Shown: positions 27,626 through 37,903 of the stretch, in pieces
Layout of the letters: each line of letters begins with the position of its first letter
How positions within the stretch are numbered: the first letter of the stretch is position 1
NCBI GenBank assembly: GCA_946498975.1
Contig: CAMMQC010000004.1
Coordinates: 1,950 to 65,949 of the forward strand
Direction of reading: 5' to 3'
Length of the DNA stretch: 64,000 nucleotides
DNA from: an uncultured Mycoplasmatota bacterium
Lineage (GTDB): Bacteria > Bacillota_I > Bacilli_A > RF39 > UBA660
Notes under the pieces: generated by a model
The model's input: the letters and a program-made list of their open reading frames with translations, nothing else
The model's database searches: none
Told to the model about the DNA's origin: nothing
Position numbers and translations under genes: made by a program

Positions 27626-28456
27626 CTATTTACTATTACGACGACGTACAATAAATTTGTCTGTCTTTTTATTATTTCTTGTTTTATATCCAAGAGCAGG
27701 TTTACCCCATGGAGTAAGAGGTGCCTTACGTCCAACTGGAGCACGTCCTTCACCACCACCGTGTGGATGGTCATTAGGGTTCATAACAGAACCACGAACT
27801 GTTGGGCGAATTCCCATATGACGTTTACGTCCTGCTTTACCAAGTTTAACTAAGCTAGCATCTTCGTTACCAACAACACCAACTGTAGCCATACAAGTAC
27901 CAAGTACTTTTCTTTGTTCTCCACTTGATAATCTAATCATTACATATTTTCCTTCACGTCCAAGGATTTGTGCAGATGTTCCAGCACTTCTTGCTAGAGC
28001 AGCTCCTTTTCCTGGGCGAAGTTCAATGTTATGAATAACAGTACCTACTGGAATATTCATAATAGGAAGAGCATTTCCTACTTTGATATCTACGTTTTCA
28101 CCGCTTATTACTTTGTCTCCTACTTTTAAGTTCTTAGGAGCGATGATGTATCTCTTTTCTCCATCCATATAGTTGATTAATGCAATGTTTGCTGTTCTAT
28201 TTGGATCGTATTCTATGCTTGCTACAACACCAGCGATATCTTTCTTATCTCTTTTGAAATCGATAAGACGATATTTTCTTTTAACTCCGCCACCTTGATG
28301 ACGAACAGTTATTTTTCCTTGATTATTACGTCCAGAGTTTTTCTTAAGTGTTACTGTTAAGCTTTTCTCTGGAGTAGATTTAGTAATCTCTTCGTTTGTT
28401 AGAGTACTCATTCCTCTACGTCCTGGTGTAGTAGGTTTATAATTTCTTATTGCCAT
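27626..28456 (-). CDS. rplB: 50S ribosomal protein L2
   Basis: '[15 protein letters not shown]' and '[17 protein letters not shown]'. Confidence 0.98.
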   Translation of the reverse strand: MAIRNYKPTTPGRRGMSTLTNEEITKSTPEKSLTVTLKKNSGRNNQGKITVRHQGGGVKRKYRLIDFKRDKKDIAGVVASIEYDPNRTANIALINYMDGEKRYIIAPKNLKVGDKVISGENVDIKVGNALPIMNIPVGTVIHNIELRPGKGAALARSAGTSAQILGREGKYVMIRLSSGEQRKVLGTCMATVGVVGNEDASLVKLGKAGRKRHMGIRPTVRGSVMNPNDHPHGGGEGRAPVGRKAPLTPWGKPALGYKTRNNKKTDKFIVRRRNSK

Positions 28457-28472
28457 ATTTTAGTTCCTCCTT

Positions 28473-28754
28473 CTAACCAAGATCAATTTGTTCACCATCA
28501 GCTAGAGTTACAATAGCTTTCTTATATCTATTTGTAAGTCCAGTATAGCGACCAACTCTTCTTTTTTTAGGTTTAACATTTAATGTTCTTATTTCTTTTA
28601 CATGTACTTTAAAGATTTTTTCAATAGCTTGTTTAATTTCAATTTTATTAGCTTTAGAAGAAACCTTAAATACATATTGATTCTTCTCTCCTAGAGAACC
28701 ACTTTTTTCAGTGATAACAGGAGCTTTGATTATTTCTAAGTATTTAGTATCCAT
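28473..28754 (-). CDS. rplW: 50S ribosomal protein L23
   Basis: 'IIKAPVITEKS...YVFKV...ANKIEIKQAIEKIF'. Confidence 0.96.
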   Translation of the reverse strand: MDTKYLEIIKAPVITEKSGSLGEKNQYVFKVSSKANKIEIKQAIEKIFKVHVKEIRTLNVKPKKRRVGRYTGLTNRYKKAIVTLADGEQIDLG

Positions 28755-29380
28755 TATTTAAGAGCCTCCTCTATCTTTTTAATAGCTTCACTAGTAAAGA
28801 CTACGACATCAGAGTTAACTAAGTCTAATACATTTAATTCATTAGCTGCTATTAATGCTACATTTGGAATGTTTCTAGATGCTAATATTACATTTTCTGT
28901 AAAGTCATCTACTACAAATAGTACTTTCTTATCAGCTATTTTTAATGTGTTTAATAATGTAATCATTTCTTTTGTCTTTGGAGTAGTAAATGATAACTCT
29001 TCCATAACGATTACTTCATTATCATTAAACTTATGACTTAAAGCACTCTTTAATGCTAATCTTCTTTCTTTACGATTTTGTTTCTTGCTGTAATCTCTTG
29101 GTACTGGAGTTCCATATCTTCCTCCACCTACCCATTGTACAGCTCTAATTGAACCTTGACGTGCATGTCCAGTTCCTTTTTGTCTCCAAGGTTTACGTCC
29201 TCCACCACTAACTTCTGAACGATTTTTAGTAGAGTGTGTTCCTTGTCTTAATGATGCTCTTGCTAATATAATTGCATCATATAATACTTTATCATTTGGG
29301 GTAATAGAAAATATTTCTTCATTTAATTTTAATTCATTTACTTTTTCACCTTTAAGATTTAAAAGATCTATCTTTTTCAT
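28754..29380 (-). CDS. rplD: 50S ribosomal protein L4
   Basis: 'QGTHSTKNRSEVSGGGRKPWRQKGTGHARQGS'. The start is set at the ATG (MKKIDLL) behind AAAGGAGGA. The track ORF extends to 29398. Confidence 0.96.
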   Translation of the reverse strand: MKKIDLLNLKGEKVNELKLNEEIFSITPNDKVLYDAIILARASLRQGTHSTKNRSEVSGGGRKPWRQKGTGHARQGSIRAVQWVGGGRYGTPVPRDYSKKQNRKERRLALKSALSHKFNDNEVIVMEELSFTTPKTKEMITLLNTLKIADKKVLFVVDDFTENVILASRNIPNVALIAANELNVLDLVNSDVVVFTSEAIKKIEEALK

Positions 29381-29433
29381 ACTTTTTCCTCCTTTCACTA
29401 CATAACATAATTTTATTTAAACTGTAGTGATGA

Positions 29434-30201
29434 TTATTCGTTTGTTGTTTCTGTTGACTCAGTAGTTGCAGCTTCTACTACTTCTTCAGTATTAGTATTT
29501 TCTTCTACTTCAGTAGTAACTTCAGCTTCTTTCATCTCTTCATAAGTGATTAAGTCTTTAGCAGTATTTTTCTTACCTGGTTTCTTAACAGCTGTTTTAA
29601 TTACTACTAGCCCTTCTTTTGGTCCAGGCACATTACCTTTAATTAAAATTACATTATTTTCTAAGTCTACTGCTACTACTTCTAAGTTTTGAACAGTAGA
29701 GTTTACATTACCCATTTGTCCTGGTAATTTCTTACCTTTTAATACGTGCATTGGTCTCATTGTTCCAAGAGATCCTACTCCACGATGATATTGTGAACCA
29801 TGTCCCATAGGTCCACGGCTCCCGTTGTGACGTTTAATTACACCTTGGAAACCTTTTCCTTTGCTTACTCCACTAACGTCTACAATTTCACCAGCTTCAA
29901 ATACGCTAGCATCTAATACTTGTCCTAAAGTGTAATCAGCTACATTTACGCCTTTTATTTCTCTTAAGAAGCGCTTAGGTTCAGTATTAGCTTTAGCGGT
30001 ATGACCCATCTTTGGTTTATTACTTAGTTTTTCTCTAACTGTTTTATAACCTAATTGGATTGCTTCATAACCGTCTGTTTCATTAGTTTTGATTTGTGTA
30101 ACAACATTAGGTTCAACTTCTACAACAGTTACAGGAATAAGTTTACCATCAGTAGTGAATACTTGAGTCATTCCTTTTTTTGTACCTAAGATTCCTTTCA
30201 T
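29434..30201 (-). CDS. rplC: 50S ribosomal protein L3 (with an acidic C-terminal extension)
   Basis: '[15 protein letters not shown]' and '[11 protein letters not shown]'. The second ATG is better spaced from AGGAGG. An E/T-rich tail of about 45 aa lies beyond the usual L3 end. Confidence 0.96.
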   Translation of the reverse strand: MKGILGTKKGMTQVFTTDGKLIPVTVVEVEPNVVTQIKTNETDGYEAIQLGYKTVREKLSNKPKMGHTAKANTEPKRFLREIKGVNVADYTLGQVLDASVFEAGEIVDVSGVSKGKGFQGVIKRHNGSRGPMGHGSQYHRGVGSLGTMRPMHVLKGKKLPGQMGNVNSTVQNLEVVAVDLENNVILIKGNVPGPKEGLVVIKTAVKKPGKKNTAKDLITYEEMKEAEVTTEVEENTNTEEVVEAATTESTETTNE

Positions 30202-30218
30202 TTTCATTTCCTCCTATT

Positions 30219-30530
30219 TTAGATTGTTTTGATTTTGATATCGACACCACTTGGTAAATCAAGATGTGCTAATGCATCAATCGTTTCTTTACTTGGGCTT
30301 TTAATGTCAATTAATCTCTTGTGTGTTCTTCTTTCGAATTGTTCACGACTATCTTTATCTTTGTGAACAGCTCTTAAAATTGTGAATTTTTCAATTTCTG
30401 TCGGTAGAGGTACAGGTCCAACTATATCTCCTCCAGTTCTTTTGATTGTTTCAACAATTTTAGTTACAGCATTGTCAAGTATCTTATGATCATATGCTTT
30501 TAACTTAATACGAATCTTTTGTGTTGACAC
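30219..30530 (-). CDS. rpsJ: 30S ribosomal protein S10
   Basis: '[15 protein letters not shown]' and 'GPVPLPT'. It has a GTG start behind the AAGGGAGGA RBS. Confidence 0.97.
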   Translation of the reverse strand: MSTQKIRIKLKAYDHKILDNAVTKIVETIKRTGGDIVGPVPLPTEIEKFTILRAVHKDKDSREQFERRTHKRLIDIKSPSKETIDALAHLDLPSGVDIKIKTI

Positions 30531-30655
30531 TATTTACGTCCTCCCTTCGCCTATATCTAGTATAGACTTGCTCCGTGTGAATAACCCGATAGCTGATTAA
30601 CAACTTAACCTGGCGTATCGACAACCTCCCACATCTAAGCAGTCACACGTAATTA
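30531..30655 (-). promoter_or_regulatory. Structured 5' leader of the S10 operon
   Basis: About 125 nt between the promoter and the rpsJ RBS, locally G+C-richer. It has nested pairings GTGTGA...TCACAC and CGATA-N24-TATCG. I infer a ribosomal-protein autoregulatory leader from its position. Confidence 0.45.
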
Positions 30656-30684
30656 ATATTATCATAGAAATCATTGAAATACAA
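30656..30684 (-). promoter_or_regulatory. S10 operon promoter
   Basis: On the minus strand: TTGTAT (30684..30679), a 17-nt spacer, then TAATAT (30661..30656). Confidence 0.55.
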
Positions 30685-30714
30685 GCATTTTTTAAAAGTT
30701 TTTTGTAAAAAAAA

Positions 30715-30744
30715 TTGACATTTATACCTTATAGAGCAGATAAT
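30715..30744 (+). promoter_or_regulatory. Divergent promoter for the 204-aa gene
   Basis: TTGACA (30715-30720), an 18-nt spacer, then GATAAT (30739-30744). An AAGGAG RBS precedes the ATG at 30777. Confidence 0.5.
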
Positions 30745-30776
30745 GAGATAAATAAATTGTGTAAAGGAGTCTAATT

Positions 30777-31391
30777 ATGTTTACAGAAAAAGTGATAGAT
30801 AATAAAAATACGAACAAATTAGATGTGTTTTTTGGTTATGCTGCTTTTACTCCGCTTTATAAAAGTAATTTAATTAATAACGACTTATATGCCTTTTATG
30901 AAGATTTTACTATAGGAAATATTAAAGATGTAGATATTCCTATAAATATTGATAAGGATAAAACTGTTAGAATTTGGAGTAGTCGTAATAACACTCAAGA
31001 GTATTTAAACTTTCTTTACTTTTGTTATAAGCTTCCTAATCAGATATCTGTTATATTTGCAAATGAATATAATAGATATGTTAATAGTGTTGGGGAAACT
31101 GTGCCAGAGGAGATTAAAGAATTATTAAAGTATGGGCATAAACTTACTGATGAAGAGAAAGATAGATATAAAAATGAGTGGATAAAATTAGTAAATGAAA
31201 ATAGTAAAATAAGACTCTTCCAAAATGATAAAATTATTAGTACTAGCTATGACTATTTAGATGAGTATATTGATAAGTACTATGATAAAAATAATATAAG
31301 GCGGACTGTTGCTACTCTTATGGGGAATGATACTGAAAACAATTTAAGTTCTGATATTTATAACTTTTTAATTGAAAGAAAACAAGAGTAA
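30777..31391 (+). CDS. Hypothetical protein, possibly DUF1835/DUF3658-like
   Basis: 204 aa. 'VRIWSS...EYLNFLYFCYKL...ISVIF' and 'EWIKLVNENSKIRLFQNDKIISTSYDYLDEYI' resemble my recollection of that family. This is tentative. A stem, CAAGAGTA / TACTCTTG (31383-31412), overlaps the stop. Confidence 0.4.
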   Translation: MFTEKVIDNKNTNKLDVFFGYAAFTPLYKSNLINNDLYAFYEDFTIGNIKDVDIPINIDKDKTVRIWSSRNNTQEYLNFLYFCYKLPNQISVIFANEYNRYVNSVGETVPEEIKELLKYGHKLTDEEKDRYKNEWIKLVNENSKIRLFQNDKIISTSYDYLDEYIDKYYDKNNIRRTVATLMGNDTENNLSSDIYNFLIERKQE

Positions 31392-31468
31392 TAATGGTAT
31401 TTCATACTCTTGTATTATTAATATCATTTAATATAGCAATAAAAAGTTAATCTTATTTATATTTTAAA

Positions 31469-31497
31469 TTGCTTTTTTTAGGGAAATAGTGTATAAT
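31469..31497 (+). promoter_or_regulatory. Consensus-like promoter for the Fic-like/PHP pair
   Basis: TTGCTT (31469-31474), a 17-nt spacer ending in TG, then TATAAT (31492-31497). A GAGGGGGAAAG RBS follows. Confidence 0.6.
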
Positions 31498-31526
31498 ATG
31501 ATAAATTTTAAGAGGGGGAAAGTTTT

Positions 31527-32414
31527 ATGTTAACAAGAGAATATGTAGAGAAAATGAGAAAGTCAGGTGATATACCAACTGTTAATTTAAAAATATTTGA
31601 TAGTATTTATTCATTACCATTTAGTCAATTTGTAGTAGATCATGAAAACGATACGGAAGAACTTTATACACATTATATAAATGATGTTTTAGAACTAAAA
31701 GATGATGATCTTATTTCTTATCTAAATGCTATTAAATCTGTAGAAATAGTAGATAATCAGTCTTTAGAAAAAGAAGATAGTTTTTTAATGAGTTTATATA
31801 TGCAAACTGAGAGAACTAATGCAATTGACTTTCTAATTAATAATGGAGTTACTCTTAATAGAGATGCTTTTATAAATGCTCATAAACTAATTTTAAAAGG
31901 AACAAGTAGTCAGAAATTTTCTGATAAAGACCATAGAATAGATAATGAAGCATTTGTTGTTAGAGTAGAAAATGGTAATCCTATGATTCGTTATTTTGCT
32001 CTACCTTATACTGATATTGAAGAGGCAATTAAGAAAATTATGGAATTTTACAATTCTGATACCTATGATGATAGAATATTTCTAAAATCACAAATAATTC
32101 ATGGACTAGTAGCATCATTACAATTATTTGACGATGGCAATACTAGATATGCACGTATTTTACAAAATCTTAAATTAAGTGAACTTACCAATAAAAAATA
32201 TAACTATAATCTTCCATTACCTGCTTTGTATGGTACTAGATCTTATTTTCCTTATAGAAGTAAATATCGTGAATTGATTGGCAACCTTGCTATTAACCCT
32301 AATTATGAAAATTGGGATGCTTGGTTTAATTTTAATCTAAATAGAACAGAAGATGCTGTTTTCTTTATAGATAATAAATTAACAGCATATAAGAAAATGA
32401 TTTATAGAAAATAG
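31527..32414 (+). CDS. Fic/DOC-family-like protein with a degenerate active-site motif
   Basis: 295 aa. 'IIHGLVASLQLFDDGNTRYARIL' aligns to the Fic core HPFx[D/E]GNGRxxR, but Gln replaces the catalytic His and Thr replaces the second Gly. Confidence 0.55.
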   Translation: MLTREYVEKMRKSGDIPTVNLKIFDSIYSLPFSQFVVDHENDTEELYTHYINDVLELKDDDLISYLNAIKSVEIVDNQSLEKEDSFLMSLYMQTERTNAIDFLINNGVTLNRDAFINAHKLILKGTSSQKFSDKDHRIDNEAFVVRVENGNPMIRYFALPYTDIEEAIKKIMEFYNSDTYDDRIFLKSQIIHGLVASLQLFDDGNTRYARILQNLKLSELTNKKYNYNLPLPALYGTRSYFPYRSKYRELIGNLAINPNYENWDAWFNFNLNRTEDAVFFIDNKLTAYKKMIYRK

Positions 32415-32423
32415 AGGTGACAA

Positions 32424-33317
32424 ATGAAAAAATTAATAGATTTACATATTCATAGTAATTTATCTGATGGAGAATTATCTCCTAAAGAAATTATTGATAG
32501 AGCAGTTAATAATGAAGTTAGTGTTATAGCAATTGCAGACCATGATACAACTCTTGCTAATAATGATGATTTATTTAATTATGCGAAAGAGAATAATGTT
32601 AAATTAATCACAGCTGTTGAGATATCCACTAGAACTAACAAATGTGGGATTCATGTCTTAGGATATAACTTTGATATTAATAATAAAAGGTTTACTGATA
32701 AGTTATACTCGATTAGAAATGCTAGGCATATTTATTTACATGATGTTGTGACTAAATTAAAAGAGTTTGGTTATATCATTGATGTTGATTCTTTAGATAA
32801 GATTGATGCTGTTACTAAAGCTCATATTGCTTCTAATATTGTAGAAAATAAAGCTAATGAAGAGTTATTATTAAAAACTTTTGGACATATTCCTAGTAAG
32901 GGTGAGTTTATTGAAACAATAATGAATGAAGGATGTCCTTGCTATGTAGAAAAGGAAGCTATTAGTCCTAAGGAAGCTAGTGATTTAATAAGAGAAGCTG
33001 GTGGTAAAGTAGTTCTTGCTCATCCTGTCTGTTATAAATACGAAGATGGATTAAATGATGACGATATATTAAACCTAGTTAAAGAAATGAAGCCTGATGG
33101 TATTGAAGCTAATTACATTTATTTAGATATAAATGGTAATAAAATCAATGAAAGTACTCATTGGAATAACTTTGCTAAACATCATAATCTAATAACGACA
33201 ATAGGTTCTGACTTTCATAAGAATGACGGTATTCACTCTGACATTGGTTTAATTAATGAAGATATTGTGCTAAATGATAATGAGATTAACTCTATTATTG
33301 ATAATCTTTTAAATTAA
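32424..33317 (+). CDS. PHP-domain metal-dependent phosphoesterase
   Basis: 297 aa. 'IDLHIHSNLSDGELSPKEII', 'IAIADHDT', 'VLAHP' and 'GSDFH' are the PHP His/Asp motifs. It starts 9 nt after the Fic-like gene. Confidence 0.8.
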   Translation: MKKLIDLHIHSNLSDGELSPKEIIDRAVNNEVSVIAIADHDTTLANNDDLFNYAKENNVKLITAVEISTRTNKCGIHVLGYNFDINNKRFTDKLYSIRNARHIYLHDVVTKLKEFGYIIDVDSLDKIDAVTKAHIASNIVENKANEELLLKTFGHIPSKGEFIETIMNEGCPCYVEKEAISPKEASDLIREAGGKVVLAHPVCYKYEDGLNDDDILNLVKEMKPDGIEANYIYLDINGNKINESTHWNNFAKHHNLITTIGSDFHKNDGIHSDIGLINEDIVLNDNEINSIIDNLLN

Positions 33318-33318
33318 G

Positions 33319-33350
33319 TTTTTCCACAAAAGCTGTGCAAAAAACTTTTT
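33319..33350. terminator. Bidirectional terminator that contains a degenerate copy of the CCACA-N5-TGTG palindrome (copy 2)
   Basis: GTTTTTCCACAAAAGCTGTGCAAAAAAC followed by TTTTTTT. It lies between the convergent PHP gene (+) and the polymerase gene (-). Confidence 0.6.
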
Positions 33351-34562
33351 TTATTGTCTTCTTTCGATATTATAATCTTCTTCTTTTTTACTAGCTCTTA
33401 TAACACTACCTTTTCCATATTTTTTAATAATACTATCCATTACTTCCTCTACCTTATCTACCACTTTCACATCAGATTCTTCAAATAAAGACATTTGACT
33501 AACTGCTTTCTCTTTTAAATCACCTAATCTTACTCCTATATTTCTAATAGGGTCTTCTTTCCAGCTAGCTTCAAAGATTGTTTTAACTCCTTTATAGATT
33601 TCTTCTGTTACATTAGTAGGATTATCTAAAGTAATTTGATGAGAATAGTTTTTAAATAAATTATTTCTATAAGTAACAGCGATAGTTCCTGTATATAGTT
33701 TTTGGCTTCTTAAAGTAAAAGAGACTTCTTCTGTTTCACTAAATAATATTTTTAATAAGTCTTCTTTTCTCGTTACATCATAAGGTAAGGTTCTTGAAAT
33801 ACTAATACACTTATTTTTAGCATTTCTAGGTTCTACTTTACTATAATCTATTCCTAATGCTGCTTCTTTAAAATAGTCTCCCTGACTTTTAAAATGTCTT
33901 CTTAATAAGTTAATATTAGACTCAGCTAAATCTCTAATAGTATATATTCCTAAGTCATTTAATTTTTTAGCAGAACTTTTACCTAGCATAAATAAATCAT
34001 TTACTTTTAAAGGCCACATTTTAGTTTCAATTTCATTTAAATAAAGAGTATGTACTTTATCTGGCTTTTCAAAGTCACTTGCCATTTTTGCACAAAGTTT
34101 GTTTTCTCCTATTCCAACATTGACTGTAAAGCCAAACTTTTCTTTGATTTCATCTTTTATTTTGTGAGCTAGTGATACATAATCATTACCATAAAGAAGT
34201 GTTGTTCCAGTAAGGTCAAGAAAACATTCATCAATAGAGTATTGTTCTATTACAGGAGTATACTGTGATAGATAATTATATAACTTTTTAGATTGTTCTT
34301 TATAAAAAGCATAGTTAGGAGGAAATACTTGTAAGTTTTTACATTTACTTCTAGCACTATATAATGTCTCTGCTGTTACAATTCCATATTTCTTAGCGAT
34401 AGGACTTTTAGCAAGAACTATACCACGTCTTGCTTTTTCATCCCCTCCTATTACTGAAGGAATCTTTCTAATATCTTGTTTATAGCCATGATTTAAAAGA
34501 TAGATAGCAGTCCAAGATAAAAAGGCATTATTAACATCGATATGAAAAATAATTCGCTGCAT
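33351..34562 (-). CDS. Y-family translesion DNA polymerase (DinB/UmuC/UvrX-like)
   Basis: 403 aa with 'IFHIDVNNAFLSW' (UmuC-like DxN), the catalytic 'SIDECFLDLT' and 'VNVGIGENKLCAKMASD'. Confidence 0.85.
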   Translation of the reverse strand: MQRIIFHIDVNNAFLSWTAIYLLNHGYKQDIRKIPSVIGGDEKARRGIVLAKSPIAKKYGIVTAETLYSARSKCKNLQVFPPNYAFYKEQSKKLYNYLSQYTPVIEQYSIDECFLDLTGTTLLYGNDYVSLAHKIKDEIKEKFGFTVNVGIGENKLCAKMASDFEKPDKVHTLYLNEIETKMWPLKVNDLFMLGKSSAKKLNDLGIYTIRDLAESNINLLRRHFKSQGDYFKEAALGIDYSKVEPRNAKNKCISISRTLPYDVTRKEDLLKILFSETEEVSFTLRSQKLYTGTIAVTYRNNLFKNYSHQITLDNPTNVTEEIYKGVKTIFEASWKEDPIRNIGVRLGDLKEKAVSQMSLFEESDVKVVDKVEEVMDSIIKKYGKGSVIRASKKEEDYNIERRQ

Positions 34563-34613
34563 AGTTATCCCTCCTCTTTACTCTATTATATAATACGTTA
34601 GTTCTATTTAAAA

Positions 34614-34640
34614 GAGAAAAAATAACCAAATACTGGTTAT
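34614..34640 (-). terminator. Intrinsic terminator of the ankyrin / 1046-aa operon
   Basis: The minus strand reads ATAACCA-gtatt-TGGTTAT followed by TTTTCTCTTTT. Confidence 0.7.
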
Positions 34641-34643
34641 CTG

Positions 34644-34666
34644 TTTTCCACAGAGACTGTGGATAA
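34644..34666. repeat. Inverted DnaA-box-like pair (copy 3)
   Basis: The minus strand reads TTATCCACAGTCTCTGTGGAAAA. It lies between the stop of the 1046-aa gene and its terminator, about 80 nt upstream of the polymerase gene. Confidence 0.6.
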
Positions 34667-34761
34667 AGTTATTCAAATTGACATTTATATATTTCTTATG
34701 TTAATTATTTTCTCTCACTAGTTTAGTTAGTTTATTTATAATTTCTAATTGTTACTTTTTT

Positions 34762-37700
34762 CTACTTCAATACTTTGGAATATTTCTTAATAACATCTTT
34801 ATCAACATATGTATTATCTTCAAACAGAATTATCGGTATTCCATTTTGAAATAATTCTTGTAAATAAACAATCTGTACTAATTCATCAATTCTATTTTGT
34901 GATACAAATATTCCGATAGATTTATCTAAATTAATTTTATCTAATACATGTAATTCACCTTGATGGCCAGAATTTCTAAGAGGGTATTTTGAATTTAAAA
35001 ATTCATCTGTAATTTTTGGATATTTAAATTCTGGTGTACCAAATACACATATATTATCTGTTAAAATAAATGTTCTGGAACCTGCATAATAATTATAAAC
35101 CTGACTATTTACTTTTGCCACAGAGATAAAGTTTTTCCCATTACAACCAGTACCTCCGTCATGTTTTCCATACTCTGCTGAAGTAATAGCATTATCGTTT
35201 AATATTTTACTAAATGTTTCTAAAGATCTAGGATTATGTATATAGTATTTTTCTTTTAATGCAAATTGCTTTCTTTTTATACTCTGTAAATATGTTGTTA
35301 TCTTTTCAGTATTAAACTGAAAATTTTTAATATTTAGTAATATATCTATTTTCTCTTTATCTGTTTTAATAAGAGTAGGTCTAGGTGTCATTATTAAATC
35401 TTTTTCTATATAAGGCTCTATTTCTTTAAATAACCTATCATCATTTCCTCTATGATAAAAGTCATAAGTATTATCTTCTTTATATCCTACAAACCAATCT
35501 TCATTTATATAACCATCTAAATAATTAGTAGTTATCTTTTCATACTTATTATTATTTTCAAGACAGTAGTCAAAGTAAATAGAATTTATTTTTTTTCTTA
35601 GATAATCCTTATCATAATCCCTAAATCTTTTAATTTCTTTTCTTTTATATTTATAAATAGGCTCTACATCATCTGTTTTTAAATCATCTTTATATTTTCC
35701 AGACAAAATTAATTGTTTTTTTGAGGAATCTTTTAAATATAGATTATCTTCTGAATTAGGCTTAAATAAGTTTTCAGTATAGTCATTTACTCTTTCTAAT
35801 TCATCTATAAATTGATTGGAAACATCAATATCGTTTCTTCCTATTATTACTAATTTAATACCACTATCTTCTTTTTCATTAGTAATTTTTCTTATAGCAT
35901 CTGCAGCATTTTTATAGGCAGTATAAATCATATATTCAGGATTATCTAGTTTATAACTATTATCTGTTACTTCTATATTATCAAAACAAAGTACTTCTCC
36001 ACAACGCCAAACCCAACTATAGGCAACTATTTTATCTTGATAGGTTACTTTAAAAAATCTACCATGAGGATTAAGTGCACCATGTCGTAGACAACTAGAG
36101 GCTTTCCCTGCTGGTGTTAAACAACTACTTATTAGTTTATCTTTTACTAGGTATTTTTCAATACCATTAGATATTATCTCTTCACTATGCATATCAACTG
36201 TTTTGTATTCACAATTATCTACTTTTCCTTTTATATCAGGAATAGATGAGTATAGTCTAAACCTATAACTATCATATAATTTTATTCCCTCTATTTTTTC
36301 ATTTAAAGGTACACCTTTATGAATATAATTTAGTTTTTCTAAACTATTTTCAATATTATAGTTATTTGGAAGTAAGGCATAAGCAATAGAATCAACCATA
36401 TTTTTTATTCTTGTTAATTTTATTTTAGTATTTTTTTGTTTATATAGTAAATTAAAACACACAATAAAAGCATTTATTGTATATTCTTCTTTAGTAGAAA
36501 CTATATCAATAATATCTAACAATAAAGGTTTGATTTTTTCTACATAATCAGTTGGTTTTGCATTTAAAGAATTAGCAATATCAACTAATTTAGTAAAATC
36601 TTTATTTATTATCTTTTTAGTTAAATCATATCCTAACATATTAAGCGATACAATTATTGTTAAGTTATCATTATTACAATCAACTACATTTGTCTTTTGA
36701 CTTTGTTTTTTATTATATAATGAATTTAAGTCTAAGTATTGCTTTGCATTATAATTTTTAATAAGTTCAAAATGGATATTAATATTTAAATTAAATTTAC
36801 CTGTTTTATGATAGTGATAGAGTGATTTCTTATTATTTATTGATAATATCTCAAAGATATTCTTATGATTAATTACTCTTTGAAATAAAGCATCTAATAT
36901 ATTTATTTCTTCTTTGCTTATTTCATCTTTATAATTAATTAAAAACTCTTTTAAAAAGATTTGAAAGCATTTTAAATATAATGAACTATTTTTTCTTTCT
37001 GTTGATGATAATTCTTCTAGCCTGTTTAAAGAATTTATATATGATAAAGAAAATAAATCTTTTGGAGCATTATCACAAATATCGTACTCTTTAACTTTAG
37101 TTCGAAATATCTCATTAAAGCCAGAAGATACTGTATTGTTTAGACTTTTTAATATATAATGTTTCTTTAGACTCTTTATTAATTTTTCTAAAATTTCTCT
37201 ATTATTTATCAATTTATAAATGTATTGTGAATCCCACTCATTTTTAAATTTGCTTTTATTAAGTACTTCCCAAAAAATTTCTACTTTATTTTGTGTAGAA
37301 TCTTGTTTTAGAGTATTAATAAAAGTTTTTATTAATTGTTTAAAGTTCATATAAGGTAGATATTTGTAATAATATTTAACAATCTTGTTGTCAACTAAAA
37401 ATTTAATATCTTCTCTAAATAATTGGTATATTAAGAATATTGTATTTCCATCGAAAAAAGCAAGTTTTAACTTATAATTGTTTCCTTTAAAGTGATAATT
37501 AAAATCTTCGTCAACATCTTCTAACGTATCAAGTTCAACTATACTACTAGGATCAACAAAAACTGTTTCATTAAATTTACTCTTAAAAAAATTGTAATGT
37601 TTTTTAGCATATTTTAAAAATGATTCTTTATTGTTAATATTCAATAGAATATCAAATCTATCTTTTTCATTTAAACTATTATCATATATATCTAATATTT

Positions 37701-37902
37701 TTTCAAAATACGAATTATCAACTTTTTCTTTATGTCTTTTTTTATAAGAATAATATGAATTAATTTTTTCTACTAATAAATATATATCTTTAGAAGTTAA
37801 TAATGGTTTAGTTTCCAAAATATATTGTATTTTCTCTGATAATTCATTGTATTTATCTGCATCTAAGGATAACAATTCCCCAAAAAAATCATTTATTTTC
37901 AT
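34762..37902 (-). CDS. Large hypothetical protein (1046 aa), no recognised domain
   Basis: A long uninterrupted ORF in an AT-rich background, rich in K/N/I/Y. It starts 1 nt after the stop of the ankyrin gene. Confidence 0.55.
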   Translation of the reverse strand: MKINDFFGELLSLDADKYNELSEKIQYILETKPLLTSKDIYLLVEKINSYYSYKKRHKEKVDNSYFEKILDIYDNSLNEKDRFDILLNINNKESFLKYAKKHYNFFKSKFNETVFVDPSSIVELDTLEDVDEDFNYHFKGNNYKLKLAFFDGNTIFLIYQLFREDIKFLVDNKIVKYYYKYLPYMNFKQLIKTFINTLKQDSTQNKVEIFWEVLNKSKFKNEWDSQYIYKLINNREILEKLIKSLKKHYILKSLNNTVSSGFNEIFRTKVKEYDICDNAPKDLFSLSYINSLNRLEELSSTERKNSSLYLKCFQIFLKEFLINYKDEISKEEINILDALFQRVINHKNIFEILSINNKKSLYHYHKTGKFNLNINIHFELIKNYNAKQYLDLNSLYNKKQSQKTNVVDCNNDNLTIIVSLNMLGYDLTKKIINKDFTKLVDIANSLNAKPTDYVEKIKPLLLDIIDIVSTKEEYTINAFIVCFNLLYKQKNTKIKLTRIKNMVDSIAYALLPNNYNIENSLEKLNYIHKGVPLNEKIEGIKLYDSYRFRLYSSIPDIKGKVDNCEYKTVDMHSEEIISNGIEKYLVKDKLISSCLTPAGKASSCLRHGALNPHGRFFKVTYQDKIVAYSWVWRCGEVLCFDNIEVTDNSYKLDNPEYMIYTAYKNAADAIRKITNEKEDSGIKLVIIGRNDIDVSNQFIDELERVNDYTENLFKPNSEDNLYLKDSSKKQLILSGKYKDDLKTDDVEPIYKYKRKEIKRFRDYDKDYLRKKINSIYFDYCLENNNKYEKITTNYLDGYINEDWFVGYKEDNTYDFYHRGNDDRLFKEIEPYIEKDLIMTPRPTLIKTDKEKIDILLNIKNFQFNTEKITTYLQSIKRKQFALKEKYYIHNPRSLETFSKILNDNAITSAEYGKHDGGTGCNGKNFISVAKVNSQVYNYYAGSRTFILTDNICVFGTPEFKYPKITDEFLNSKYPLRNSGHQGELHVLDKINLDKSIGIFVSQNRIDELVQIVYLQELFQNGIPIILFEDNTYVDKDVIKKYSKVLK

Positions 37903-37903
37903 T

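Noticed and set aside
34593-34606. A possible LexA (Cheo-type GAAC-N4-GTTC) box, AGAACTAACGTATT, overlapping the -10 region of the Y-family polymerase gene.
   Set aside because: Only one half-site (GAAC) matches. The second half is GTAT rather than GTTC. I cannot support an SOS box without a lineage-specific LexA motif.
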